Source: Bacillales bacterium (GTDB taxonomy: Bacteria; Bacillota_I; Bacilli_A; RFN20; CAG-449). Taken from it: DNA of 64,000 nt. This document shows, piece after piece, positions 49,669 through 59,893 of the stretch (within the stretch, counting starts at the first letter, position 1; the number at the start of each line of letters is the position of its first letter). The stretch is from assembly GCA_029006735.1 (NCBI GenBank), contig JAQXGN010000055.1, forward strand, positions 3,239-67,238, written 5' to 3'. Both the position numbers and the translations under genes were made by a program. The notes beneath the pieces are model-generated. The model was not told the DNA's origin. It saw only the letters and a list, made by a program, of their open reading frames with translations, and ran no database searches.

Positions 49669-50868
49669 TTACAACGATTGAATATATTCACTTAAATCAA
49701 AGTAAGTATTTAAACATTTTTCATAACTAAATAAGTTATCTTCGAAATCGAATAATAAATGATGAATACGATCATAATATACTAAATAATACGCAATGAA
49801 AAATAATAAATAAGCGAATGAATTAATTTCGAAAAAGAAGTTCGATAAAGTAACAAATAAGACAATTAATGAATAAACTATTATCGATGCAGATGATTTC
49901 TCTTTGACGATTGAACTTGAATTGCTAGCTAGAAAATCATACAATTCTTCTAAATTATTATTTGTATTAATAAAATAATCTTCACTTTTATTAATTTGAT
50001 ACTTTTTAAATTTTGTATTATTAAACTCAATATATTTTTCACAATAAACTAATAAGAATGTTACAACAAGTAAAATAATATTATACATTCCGTTAATAAT
50101 CAAAATAAATGTAATAAATAAGGCAATAAATACTTGATTTATCGTTTGATATATCGCATTAATTTGATTTCCCTTAATTGATAATAAACTCTTCTTTTCT
50201 AATGGAGAAAAAATAATATTTTTTTGATTAGCGTCACTAAGTAATTTTATTATTTTTTTGTCGATGTATTTACTTTGTAATGATAAAAGTACACTTTTGC
50301 ATCCCATTGAAATAAAAATACCAATAAAAGTAATTACACAAAATAATAAATTATTTTTATCACTAGCAAAATAACTTAAACTATAGACGAGACAAAAATC
50401 GATTAATAAAGTAATAATATATAGCAAAAGATAACTATATTTTACTAAGGATCTTTTTACATTAAACTTGGTTTTTTCGACGTTTTCAATCATTAATGAA
50501 TACCCTGTAAAAATATTTAAAAATTCTTCTTTATCCATTTGAATTTGACCAAATGAAGGATCAGAAATAACAACAGTATTTTTAGTAGAATAATTTAATA
50601 AAACAAAATGCAAAATATCATTACTTTTTATCTGACAAATAACATTTTTATAATTGAATACTTCTTCTTTATTCTCGAATTGGATTCCTTTCTCTTCAAT
50701 CTTTAATTTTGCTGCGACTTTCTTCAAATCCAATAATGTATAATTTTTATCCTTTTTTTCTTTTTTCAAAAATAAATAATGACGATTCTTTGTTGCAGTT
50801 GCTATTTGCATTTTTAAACAAGCAAATCCACAATCAAATTCATCCTCTTGTAAACAAACATAACTCAT
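49669..50868 (-). CDS. C39 cysteine peptidase domain fused to an ABC-exporter-type membrane domain, with no nucleotide-binding domain
   Basis: The N-terminal ~130 aa reads QEDEFDCGFACLKM...ILHFVLL...ISDPSFG...FTGYSLMI (C39 Cys/His/Asp all present). About 6 predicted TM helices follow, and the ORF ends at 399 aa, 79 nt before ybeY. SD GGAGG upstream. Confidence 0.6.
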   Translation of the reverse strand: MSYVCLQEDEFDCGFACLKMQIATATKNRHYLFLKKEKKDKNYTLLDLKKVAAKLKIEEKGIQFENKEEVFNYKNVICQIKSNDILHFVLLNYSTKNTVVISDPSFGQIQMDKEEFLNIFTGYSLMIENVEKTKFNVKRSLVKYSYLLLYIITLLIDFCLVYSLSYFASDKNNLLFCVITFIGIFISMGCKSVLLSLQSKYIDKKIIKLLSDANQKNIIFSPLEKKSLLSIKGNQINAIYQTINQVFIALFITFILIINGMYNIILLVVTFLLVYCEKYIEFNNTKFKKYQINKSEDYFINTNNNLEELYDFLASNSSSIVKEKSSASIIVYSLIVLFVTLSNFFFEINSFAYLLFFIAYYLVYYDRIHHLLFDFEDNLFSYEKCLNTYFDLSEYIQSL

Positions 50869-50916
50869 AATTCTATAACCTCCTATATATTAATAAGGAG
50901 AGTTTTTTCATTTAAT

Positions 50917-51819
50917 CTAATATTTATTTAAAATTCTTTTTAATGTATAGTGTATAACAAGTTTTTTATTTTCTTCATCATGAAAAATAATAGTTTCTTT
51001 AATGATTTTTTCGTCTAGAGAAAAATCTTTTGCTATTTCATTCCTTATGGTATTTACTATATCAATAAAAGAATCGACATCAAGATTTTGATAAGAATAA
51101 TCAACTTTTTGATATACAATTCCATAAATTATTCCTTGTGTGCCTATATAAATAGGATTATCTTTATAATAATAGTTTTCATCTACTAATAATTGATCTT
51201 TCCTAACGAATTGATTTCTTTTGACTAATATATTCCCTCTTTCTATTTTTATTTCATCAATTATAGCGTCATATTTTGAATATATATTACCTTTTATATT
51301 AATATAATTTAATTCTTCTGGTCGAAGTTGATATTGAACAAAAATATGATTTCCTTTTTTATAAATAGAAAATAAAGAAAATAATTGATTATTGTTGTCT
51401 AAGATCTCTTTTGAAAAAGTTTTTAATTTGCTTGTTGAAGGAATCTTTTTATAGTTAGATATACCGCGCATCACTAATTCTTCATCAATAATCTTATTCG
51501 CATTTATATTATTTCCTTGAATCTCAATATCCATAATTCTAGTATTTAAAAAACCATAAAAAAACATAGAAATAATAATACCAATTATTAATGAATAATT
51601 AATTATTAAATTATTTATTAATTTATATATTCCTGTTTTATTTAAAACAATAATCGATGGATAGATCTTTTTAAGTTTTATATACTCTTTATAAGAACAT
51701 GAAAAATATACATCATTATCAACCTGTTTAAGAGAAAATATTTCAATATTATTATTTTTGATTACGCTTAAAAAATAAGAATATGAAAAGATGGTTAACT
51801 TTAAATGATATCTATTCAT
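50917..51819 (-). CDS. yqfD: sporulation protein YqfD-like
   Basis: YqfD layout: an N-terminal domain, a single TM (YSLIIGIIISMFFYGF), I.IQGNN, and a C-terminal ...GNILVKRNQFVRKDQLLV. It overlaps yqfC by 8 nt. Confidence 0.65.
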   Translation of the reverse strand: MNRYHLKLTIFSYSYFLSVIKNNNIEIFSLKQVDNDVYFSCSYKEYIKLKKIYPSIIVLNKTGIYKLINNLIINYSLIIGIIISMFFYGFLNTRIMDIEIQGNNINANKIIDEELVMRGISNYKKIPSTSKLKTFSKEILDNNNQLFSLFSIYKKGNHIFVQYQLRPEELNYINIKGNIYSKYDAIIDEIKIERGNILVKRNQFVRKDQLLVDENYYYKDNPIYIGTQGIIYGIVYQKVDYSYQNLDVDSFIDIVNTIRNEIAKDFSLDEKIIKETIIFHDEENKKLVIHYTLKRILNKY

Positions 51820-52018
51820 AAAAGATAATATTTTTCACCTTTCCAGCAATTTTAATTTCACTTTGACTCAAATATATAATCTTCAATTCATTTCCATTTA
51901 TAATTATTTGATCATTTTTCATTTTCAAAATAATTTGTTTATCACTAGCAGTATCAATTCTTTTATAATCTTGAATTAATAAGTAATTTAAGCAATAAAA
52001 AAGCATGGATATCACCAT
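51812..52018 (-). CDS. yqfC: sporulation protein YqfC-like (short form)
   Basis: The C-terminal segment IIINGNELKIIYLSQSEIKIAGKVKNIIFYE matches the YqfC pattern. The start is uncertain (ATG 52018 has no SD; ATG 52006 follows GGTGA). Confidence 0.55.
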   Translation of the reverse strand: MVISMLFYCLNYLLIQDYKRIDTASDKQIILKMKNDQIIINGNELKIIYLSQSEIKIAGKVKNIIFYE

Positions 52019-52047
52019 GCAATTATATGTAAATCAAAAGAATATTA

Positions 52048-52947
52048 TTAAATTTTTACACAAATTAATTCATATTTTCTAATTTTATTTGATGCGATAT
52101 AATCTAAACATTTCATCGTACGAGAATCTGAATCATTTATATAGTATTTTGAACGGATTTTTTTAATAGGTAAATTAGAAATATAAAATGTTGGTAAATC
52201 ATTTCTATTACGATTGTCGATTATTTTAAATAATACTTCTTCTTTTGCTATATTAGACAATGTATTTTGACCAAATTCATCTAAAAATAAATATGGAATA
52301 TTAGATAATAAGTTAATATCTTCTTCATATGAAGCTGGATTATTATAATAACTATCAACTATTGAATCAACAATATCTTTCGTATTAACATAGGCAACTC
52401 GTGCTTTAGGACAATACCTAATTATTGACACAGCAAACACACTCATGATACATGATTTACCAATTCCATCTTTTCCATAAAGAAAAATAGGTGTAATCGG
52501 TTCATTTTTCATAATATACTTAACTTTCCTTTTAAGGTTTTCAATTAGTTTTTCTCGTTCTTTACTATGTATTTCTAATAAATTAGTTAAGAATAAATCG
52601 ATATATTTATCATCACTATGATAAAAAACAAATTTTTGTTTAATCTTATCATGTTCTTTTTTCAAATCACATGAACAAACTCTTAATTCGAATTTAACTG
52701 AGTTATCGATTGTGTAACAAAATCCATTTTTCTTACAATTTATTAATCCAGGACATAACTTACATATTTCACGATCATTAAAGTAATGTAAAAATATGTC
52801 TAAATTATTAATAACAAATTCTCTAGAATAATTGTTTTCATTAATAAAACGTCTTAGATCATCATCATGATAAATTAATGATTCTAAATTCTTTTTTTTA
52901 ATCTCTTCAATTTTCTTTTCATCAATTATTGGTAAATCTATTTCCAT
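52048..52947 (-). CDS. dnaI: primosomal helicase loader DnaI
   Basis: Cys-rich N-terminal domain, AAA+ Walker A GKDGIGKS, and Walker B LFLDEFG. It follows B. subtilis-type dnaB. Confidence 0.8.
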   Translation of the reverse strand: MEIDLPIIDEKKIEEIKKKNLESLIYHDDDLRRFINENNYSREFVINNLDIFLHYFNDREICKLCPGLINCKKNGFCYTIDNSVKFELRVCSCDLKKEHDKIKQKFVFYHSDDKYIDLFLTNLLEIHSKEREKLIENLKRKVKYIMKNEPITPIFLYGKDGIGKSCIMSVFAVSIIRYCPKARVAYVNTKDIVDSIVDSYYNNPASYEEDINLLSNIPYLFLDEFGQNTLSNIAKEEVLFKIIDNRNRNDLPTFYISNLPIKKIRSKYYINDSDSRTMKCLDYIASNKIRKYELICVKI

Positions 52948-52955
52948 ATATTTTA

Positions 52956-54215
52956 TTAAAGAATAATATCATCAAATATACTATCGTTAAGAATATCTGA
53001 ATCTATTTCATCGTCTTCTTCATCTTCTTCCTTTTCTTCATTTTCTATTTTTACATTATATTTATTTGAGTATGTTTTTTTACGAGTAGATTTTAGTAAA
53101 TAATTCATTGTATCTAATGTAGTTTCTATTCCTTCTCTTACTAAGGCTGCAGCAATTTTTGTTACATAAGCTTTTGGTAATTGATTATTATTCCTTTCTA
53201 AGCAATAATCAATTAATGGATTAATAACTTGTGAAGTTAAGCCATATTTTTCTTGTAATTCACTAATTAAATTAATATCTGCTTGTGATACTTTCCCATT
53301 CTTCTGTTTAATTGATAAAAAATCAAGTGCTGAAACTTGTGACATTAATTTAACTTTTTCACCTAATTTAGAATTAGTGTCAAATGGAAGATTATTTTTA
53401 ATCTTTCCATGACGGATAACTTGATAAGATCTATCTTTGACTGCCAGTTCTTTTAAACGTTCAAAATCTATTTTAGGTTTCATATTTGGATTATATGATT
53501 GAGCGACTAAATCTGCCATTACTTGTTCACTAATACCAAATAATAAGGCGATATCTGAGATTTTCTTTAAATCACTTTTAGAAATACTTCTTGGTAAAAT
53601 ATGGAAAGTTTCTTCAATGGTCTTTGTAAATATGGATAAATCAAATCCTTTAGAAATATCTCTTGTTTCTCTTCCATATCCGCCTTTGATATCTTCGCTA
53701 TTTACAAAACTATCTGAACTAATATCTGGATTATATACATTTTTGAATGTATCAGTAATCTCAGCATAATCTGTTAAGTCTAAAATCTTTTCTTTATATT
53801 TTCTAATCAATTTTTGAACATTTTTTTCACCAATTTTCTCAATTAATAATCCTTTAAATAGAATATCATTGAAAAATTCTTGAGGTGTTTTAGGAGCAAA
53901 TAAGAGATATTTATAAAAAGCTTGGTCATTTTCTTTTTTATAATAAGTTCTTAATAATCCAATACCTTCAAGTTTTCTTCTTGCTTTAGAAATATCACCA
54001 ATATTATATCCTGTAGATAAAGATAAATCACTATGAGAAAATAGTCCATTTTGCGTATTTGATTTTTTAAAATCAGAATATAAAGATAGATATAAAGAAA
54101 CAGCATCACCACCAATAATAGGTTGATAAAGCATAGTCAAAGTTTCTCGGTCAAAATCAGTAATGATTGATTTTAAATACACTTCATAATAATCATCATT
54201 TGATAAATAAAGCAT
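52956..54215 (-). CDS. dnaB: replication initiation/membrane attachment protein DnaB (B. subtilis type, DnaD-like domains)
   Basis: The N-terminus reads ...LTMLYQPIIGGDAVSLYLSLY. DnaD-like repeats follow, then an acidic C-terminal tail. dnaB-dnaI pair. Confidence 0.75.
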   Translation of the reverse strand: MLYLSNDDYYEVYLKSIITDFDRETLTMLYQPIIGGDAVSLYLSLYSDFKKSNTQNGLFSHSDLSLSTGYNIGDISKARRKLEGIGLLRTYYKKENDQAFYKYLLFAPKTPQEFFNDILFKGLLIEKIGEKNVQKLIRKYKEKILDLTDYAEITDTFKNVYNPDISSDSFVNSEDIKGGYGRETRDISKGFDLSIFTKTIEETFHILPRSISKSDLKKISDIALLFGISEQVMADLVAQSYNPNMKPKIDFERLKELAVKDRSYQVIRHGKIKNNLPFDTNSKLGEKVKLMSQVSALDFLSIKQKNGKVSQADINLISELQEKYGLTSQVINPLIDYCLERNNNQLPKAYVTKIAAALVREGIETTLDTMNYLLKSTRKKTYSNKYNVKIENEEKEEDEEDDEIDSDILNDSIFDDIIL

Positions 54216-54368
54216 TCACTATTTCCTCCTGTATATCAATTTTATTATTTAAATAATAATCTTTCAACTAATATTTATGCAAAAGAAAAATAGTAATCAT
54301 TTTATTCTTTAATTTTTATCAATTTTATACTAATATATATTCGTACCAAATGAATAATAGGTGAAGAT

Positions 54369-55820
54369 ATGAATATTACAAAAAAGACAAAAATCGTATG
54401 TACAATCGGACCAGTATCAGACACATTTGAAAAGTGTTTGCAATTATATGATGCAGGAATGAATGTTATGCGTATTAATTTTTCTCATGGATCATATGAG
54501 GAACATTTAAAAAAAGTTGAAATTGCTGATCGTTTATGGAGAGAAAAAGGTATTATTATTCCAGTTATGTTAGATACCAAGGGACCTGAAATTAGAACTC
54601 ATTTATTTGATGGTGGTAGTGCTAAATTTTCTACTGGTGATATAGCAAGAATCTCAATGAAAGAAGTACTAGGAACTAATGAAAAGTTCTCAGTAACATA
54701 TGAAAATTTATATGATGATGTTGAGATTGGTCAAAGAATTAAATTAGATGATGGAAATTTAACATTTGTTGTTATAAATAAAGATATAAAAACCCATGAA
54801 TTAATTGTTAAAGCCTTAAACCATCATGTTGTAAAAGATAGACGTGGTGTGAATTGCCCTGATTCTTTTATCAACTTGCCTTATATTTCTGAAAAAGATT
54901 ATAATGATATTACTTGGGGATGTAAGAATAACATTTCCTTTATTGCAGCTTCTTTTGTGAGAAGTAAAAATGATATTGAACAAATTAGAGATATATTAAG
55001 ACAAAATAATCGTTCAGACATTAAAATTATTGCAAAAATTGAGAATCCACTCGCATTAAATAACATTAATGAAATCATTAGTGCAAGTGATGCAATCATG
55101 GTCGCAAGAGGTGATTTAGGAGTTGAAATTCCAGCTGAAGATGTTCCAGTAGCTCAAAGAGAAATCATTGAAAAATGCCGTATTGCTGGTAAACCAGTTA
55201 TCACAGCAACCCAAATGCTTGATTCAATGAAAACAAACCCAAATCCAACGCGAGCAGAAGTTTCTGATGTTGCTAATGCGGTCTTAACTGGATCTGATTC
55301 AGTTATGTTATCAGCAGAATCTGCTGCTGGAGAATACCCTGTTGAAGCATGTGCAATGCAAGCAAAGATTTCTGCAAAAATGGAAGCATATTTACCTTAT
55401 GAAACATTAGCTCAACAAGCATTTGATTCATCTAATAAAAATAATAACGATGCAATCTCTAATGCAGTTGCAACAACTGCCCTACTTATTGGAGCGAAAT
55501 TAATTGTTTGTTTAACTGAAGATGATTTGACAATTTCTCGATTAGCAAAATCTCGACCAGTTTGTCCAATCTTATCAATATCCAATAAAATGGAAATATG
55601 TAAATCAAGTGCATTAATTTGGGGTGTTTACCCTTACTATATTCCTTATTTACCTCAATTTATTGAGGAAATGGAAGTCTTTGCTTTATTAAAAGCAAGA
55701 AGTTTAGGAATTCCAGCAGGTTCACCAATTATTCTAACTGGTGGAACTCCAACTGGATCTGGAAAAACAAATTTTATGAAAATCATTACAGTTAACGAAG
55801 TTAAGGAGGTAGAACTATAA
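54369..55820 (+). CDS. pyk: pyruvate kinase
   Basis: TKIVCTIGP, MNVMRINFSHG, DTKGPEIR and MVARGDLGVEIP motifs. There is no C-terminal PEP-utiliser domain. Confidence 0.95.
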   Translation: MNITKKTKIVCTIGPVSDTFEKCLQLYDAGMNVMRINFSHGSYEEHLKKVEIADRLWREKGIIIPVMLDTKGPEIRTHLFDGGSAKFSTGDIARISMKEVLGTNEKFSVTYENLYDDVEIGQRIKLDDGNLTFVVINKDIKTHELIVKALNHHVVKDRRGVNCPDSFINLPYISEKDYNDITWGCKNNISFIAASFVRSKNDIEQIRDILRQNNRSDIKIIAKIENPLALNNINEIISASDAIMVARGDLGVEIPAEDVPVAQREIIEKCRIAGKPVITATQMLDSMKTNPNPTRAEVSDVANAVLTGSDSVMLSAESAAGEYPVEACAMQAKISAKMEAYLPYETLAQQAFDSSNKNNNDAISNAVATTALLIGAKLIVCLTEDDLTISRLAKSRPVCPILSISNKMEICKSSALIWGVYPYYIPYLPQFIEEMEVFALLKARSLGIPAGSPIILTGGTPTGSGKTNFMKIITVNEVKEVEL

Positions 55821-56683
55821 TGGAATACGTAATATCTATTGATATGGGAGCAACTAACTTAAGAGTTGGTATCGTTTCTGAAAAATTAGAAATCATTGAA
55901 GTTAATCGTGAAAGAACAACAAAAAATGATAAAGAAGCATTGTTTAAACAAATTTGTCGTTTAATTGAATCTTTACCATATAAGAAATATGATGTTAAAA
56001 AAGTTGGTATCTCTGCATGCGGTTTAATTGAACATGATTTTATCACTATTTTGCCTAATTTAGGTATTAGACAATTTGATTTAAAAAGCAAATTAGAGAA
56101 AAAATATGGATTTAAAGTTGAAATAAAAAATGATGCAAACTGTACCGCTCTAGCAGAAGCAAAATTTGGTTCTACTAAAGATGTTCGTGATTCATACTTT
56201 ATTACAATATCTTCTGGTATTGGCGGATGTTTAATTTATAACCATGAAATGGTTGATTTACCTTTTGAAATAGGTCATGCCCTCATTCCATATGGAACAG
56301 GATATGAAGAATTTGAAAAAGTATGCTCTGGAAATGGATTAGTTAAACTTTGTAGCGACAATTATTTAGTTGTTGAACATGCGGGAGAATTCTTTAAACT
56401 ATGTGCAGATGGTAATGAATTAGCAAAAACTATTTTAGATCAATGGATTAACATGGTCAGTTTATATATTGCAAATCTTCAAATGGAATATAACACTGAT
56501 AAGATTTGTTTATCTGGTGGTGTTATGAAATCTAGTTCATTATTTATTAATAAAATTGAGATAGTTGCAAATAATTATATTAATCGTTTCCCTTTAAAAC
56601 CAATTCATATCGTTTTAGCAGAATTCGATCAAGATGCAGGATTAATGGGTGGAGTTGCAGTTGCTCTATCAATTAAAGAATAA
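55820..56683 (+). CDS. glcK: ROK-family glucokinase
   Basis: IDMGATNLRVG, the ROK signature region, and GHALIP...CSGNG. The start overlaps the pyk stop. Confidence 0.75.
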   Translation: MEYVISIDMGATNLRVGIVSEKLEIIEVNRERTTKNDKEALFKQICRLIESLPYKKYDVKKVGISACGLIEHDFITILPNLGIRQFDLKSKLEKKYGFKVEIKNDANCTALAEAKFGSTKDVRDSYFITISSGIGGCLIYNHEMVDLPFEIGHALIPYGTGYEEFEKVCSGNGLVKLCSDNYLVVEHAGEFFKLCADGNELAKTILDQWINMVSLYIANLQMEYNTDKICLSGGVMKSSSLFINKIEIVANNYINRFPLKPIHIVLAEFDQDAGLMGGVAVALSIKE

Positions 56684-56698
56684 ATTAATAAAAAACTA

Positions 56699-56727
56699 TT
56701 GAAAATAATTTTTCAAAGTTCTAAAAT
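56699..56727 (+). promoter_or_regulatory. sigma-A promoter of the thrS leader
   Basis: TTGAAA-17 nt-TAAAAT. Confidence 0.6.
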
Positions 56728-56946
56728 CATTTTAAGCGTTGATAAAGACATGCTTATTAGAAATTACTAGAGATTGATTCATTTGGTGAAAGAATCATAC
56801 AACCTAATAAGAACTACTTTGGAGCTTACTTGGAAACAAGTCGTTCATCGCGTTAAGATGTCAATGAAGCGTATATTAATTATTAATATAAATTAAGGTG
56901 GTACCGCGTTTAAAGTTCAAGCGTCCTTATATTATGGACGCTTTTT
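56728..56946 (+). promoter_or_regulatory. T-box leader of thrS (Thr specifier, probably ACU at 56813-56815)
   Basis: AGAGA, GGUGAAA, helix CUUAUUAG/CUAAUAAG followed by AACUA (a Thr codon plus trailing A), T-box AAUUAAGGUGGUACCGCG (56892-56909), and terminator GCGTCC-9 nt-GGACGC followed by T5 (56921-56946). Confidence 0.85.
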
Positions 56947-56965
56947 ATATTTTTAGGAGGTTTTT

Positions 56966-58867
56966 ATGAAAATAACATGTTTAGATGGTAAATCAATCGA
57001 ATTTAATCAAGGTGAATCTGGATTAGATATTGCAAAAAAGATTTCCTTATCATTGGCTAAAGAATCTGTTGCATATAAATTAAATGGTCATATATATGAC
57101 TTAAATCGCCCACTTTGTGAAGAAGGAGAATTTGTTTTAATTAAGCAAGGAGAAAAAGATAGTTATGACGTATTAAATCACTCAACTTCTCATTTACTTG
57201 CTCAAGCAATTCAAAAACTATATCCAGGTGCTAAATTTGGTTTTGGTCCAAGTATTGAAGAAGGTTTCTATTATGATATCGACTTCCCTACACCAATAAC
57301 TGATGCAGATTTTGCAAAAATCGAAAAAGAAATGAAAAAATGTGCAGAAGGTGGATACCCTATTGTTAGACAAGAAGTATCTAAAGAAGAAGCTTTAGAA
57401 ATCTTTAAAGATAACCCATACAAAGTTGAATTAATTAATGGTATTGAAGGAACTATTTCTCTATATCGACAAGGTGATTTTGTTGATTTGTGTGCAGGAC
57501 CTCACTTGAGTAAAACATCACAAATTAAACATTTCAAATTATTATCTCTTGCAGGTGCTTATTGGAGAGGTGACATCCATAATAAACAATTAACAAGAAT
57601 TTATGGTACATCTTGGTGGAGCAAAGATGAATTAGATACTCATTTAAATAATCTTGAAGAAAGAAAGAAAAGAGATCATCGTAAATTAGGTAAAGAATTA
57701 AATCTATTTATGTTATCCGAATTTGGTCCTGGTCTACCTTTCTGGTTACCAAAAGGTTACACATTAAGAAGAACATTAGAAGATTTCTGGTTAAGAATAC
57801 ATCGTGAAAGAGGATATGAAGTCATCAATACTCCAATCATGCTAAATCGTCAATTATGGGAAACTTCTGGACACTGGGATCATTATAAAGATGATATGTT
57901 TGTTGTCAATGTTGAAGATGGTACATATGCGATAAAACCAATGAACTGTCCAGGTGCAATTTTAGTTTATAATAATTCACTGCACTCATATAGAGAATTA
58001 CCATTAAGATATGCAGAACTAGGTAATGTCCATCGTTATGAAGCTTCTGGATCTTTAAATGGATTATTTAGAGTAAGAGGATTTACTCAAGATGATGCTC
58101 ATATTTTATTAATGGAAAGTCAAGTTGGCGATGAAGTATCTCGTATTATTTCTTTATATGATTATGTTTACTCTGTGTTTGGTTTAAATTATTCAATTGA
58201 ATTATCAACTAGACCAGAAAGTAACTTTATAGGTGAAATATCAACTTGGGATCATGCAGAAGAAGCATTAAAACAAGCATGTTTGAAAACTGGGCATGAA
58301 TTTAAGATTAACCCAGGAGATGGTGCTTTCTATGGACCTAAACTCGATTTCAAATTAAAAGATTCTATGAATAGAATTTGGCAATGTGGTACAGTTCAAC
58401 TTGATATGCAACTTCCAGGAAGATTTAATTGTACATATATCGCTGAAGATGGTTCAAAGAAGACACCAGTTATGATTCATCGTGCTTGCTTTGGTTCATT
58501 AGAAAGATTCATTGGTATCATTATTGAAAACTTTGCTGGTCAATTCCCTACTTGGTTAGCACCAGTTCAAGTTAATATACTTCCAGTTGCTGATGTTCAT
58601 TTAGATTATGCCTTAAAACTTAAAGAAGAATTTATTAAATATGGTTTAAGAGTAAATATCGATAATTCTTCAGAAAAACTAGGATATAGATTAAGACAAT
58701 CCTCTATTCAAAAAACTCCTTATACTCTTGTAGTTGGCGACAAAGAAGTCGAAAATAATGGTGTTACATATCGAGTTATTGGTCACCAAGAACAAATCTA
58801 TGTTTCTAAAGAAGAATTCTTAAAACTTATTAATGATGAAATTAGTTCATTATCATTAAGAAAATAA
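56966..58867 (+). CDS. thrS: threonyl-tRNA synthetase
   Basis: TGS N-terminus, editing-domain HSTSHLLA, class II core (FRVRGFTQDDAH), and an anticodon-binding C-terminus. Confidence 0.95.
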   Translation: MKITCLDGKSIEFNQGESGLDIAKKISLSLAKESVAYKLNGHIYDLNRPLCEEGEFVLIKQGEKDSYDVLNHSTSHLLAQAIQKLYPGAKFGFGPSIEEGFYYDIDFPTPITDADFAKIEKEMKKCAEGGYPIVRQEVSKEEALEIFKDNPYKVELINGIEGTISLYRQGDFVDLCAGPHLSKTSQIKHFKLLSLAGAYWRGDIHNKQLTRIYGTSWWSKDELDTHLNNLEERKKRDHRKLGKELNLFMLSEFGPGLPFWLPKGYTLRRTLEDFWLRIHRERGYEVINTPIMLNRQLWETSGHWDHYKDDMFVVNVEDGTYAIKPMNCPGAILVYNNSLHSYRELPLRYAELGNVHRYEASGSLNGLFRVRGFTQDDAHILLMESQVGDEVSRIISLYDYVYSVFGLNYSIELSTRPESNFIGEISTWDHAEEALKQACLKTGHEFKINPGDGAFYGPKLDFKLKDSMNRIWQCGTVQLDMQLPGRFNCTYIAEDGSKKTPVMIHRACFGSLERFIGIIIENFAGQFPTWLAPVQVNILPVADVHLDYALKLKEEFIKYGLRVNIDNSSEKLGYRLRQSSIQKTPYTLVVGDKEVENNGVTYRVIGHQEQIYVSKEEFLKLINDEISSLSLRK

Positions 58868-58883
58868 TAATTTTAGACAAATT

Positions 58884-58932
58884 AAAAGATCCAAAATGTA
58901 ATAATCTATCTACATAAATGGATCTTTTTTTT
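58884..58932 (+). terminator. terminator between convergent thrS and the atp-linked membrane gene
   Basis: AAAAGATCCA...TGGATCTTTT stem with an inner ATGTA/TACAT helix, followed by T8. An A-run on the other side may make it bidirectional. Confidence 0.6.
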
Positions 58933-59893
58933 AATCTTTTAAATCATCAATTGTTACTGTGTAAACAGGTTTACTCTCTTTAACTTTATTTGTTTTACCA
59001 AAATTATTCATTAAGATATTTCTTATCTTCAAATTCATAATTCCAGATAATGTAGTAAAACCAATAAGTAATAAAATATTTATAATATATAACACATCAA
59101 CTACATCAAATTGATTATTAATTTTAACAAATGATAATTTACAAATTGGATTTGTTATTCCTATATAATTTAATATTAAACCAGTTGCAAATATTACTCC
59201 AAGGGCAAATAAGAAAGAAGACAAAATTACCATATCAACATATTTATTTTCTTCATCAAAGATAATTTCTTTAAAAAATATTTTATTTGAACGATTAAAT
59301 GCGATTGATATCAATGCATATATTCCTCCACAGATTAAGAAATTATATCCCATCATTTGATATTGATAAATCATCTCTTCTGTTAAAGGTTGTTCATAAA
59401 ATGATTCATATACATCAGTTAATATTTCAATATTAATCATTGAAATAGAACTCAAAATAAATAAGACAGCATAAATGATATATACTATTTTAAAAACTCG
59501 AGCAAAAGAAAATATATAATCTAGGGTAGTTTTCTTTTTTTTCTTAATATATGGATTTAAAGAATCAAATGGCTCAACATCTTTATCGTTTCTTCTTGCT
59601 GATTTTCTTATTTTAAAGCCTAAAATAATAAGATATACAGGAATAATACAATCAATACAACAAGAGAAAAAACCACTAAAATAATCACTTAGAACTAAAT
59701 CCGTATTATTTACTATAAATGAAACATAATCAAATATAAAATAAAAACTAATCAAAATAATACCTAAAATTAATACTAATAAAGGAAATTTGGAAATAAT
59801 AAATTCTTTTAGTTTAATAACTTTATTAGATGAATATTCATCAAAAGAGATTACTTTTTCAGCTTGTCTTTGTAATTCCTCAGAATCTCTCAT
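58931..59893 (-). CDS. hypothetical polytopic membrane protein translationally coupled to atpC
   Basis: About 6-7 hydrophobic helices; no family recognised. The start is set at ATG 59893, which shares an A with the atpC TAA (TAATG) and is preceded by GGGAGGG. The ORF-track TTG start at 59908 is less likely. Confidence 0.6.
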   Translation of the reverse strand: MRDSEELQRQAEKVISFDEYSSNKVIKLKEFIISKFPLLVLILGIILISFYFIFDYVSFIVNNTDLVLSDYFSGFFSCCIDCIIPVYLIILGFKIRKSARRNDKDVEPFDSLNPYIKKKKKTTLDYIFSFARVFKIVYIIYAVLFILSSISMINIEILTDVYESFYEQPLTEEMIYQYQMMGYNFLICGGIYALISIAFNRSNKIFFKEIIFDEENKYVDMVILSSFLFALGVIFATGLILNYIGITNPICKLSFVKINNQFDVVDVLYIINILLLIGFTTLSGIMNLKIRNILMNNFGKTNKVKESKPVYTVTIDDLKD

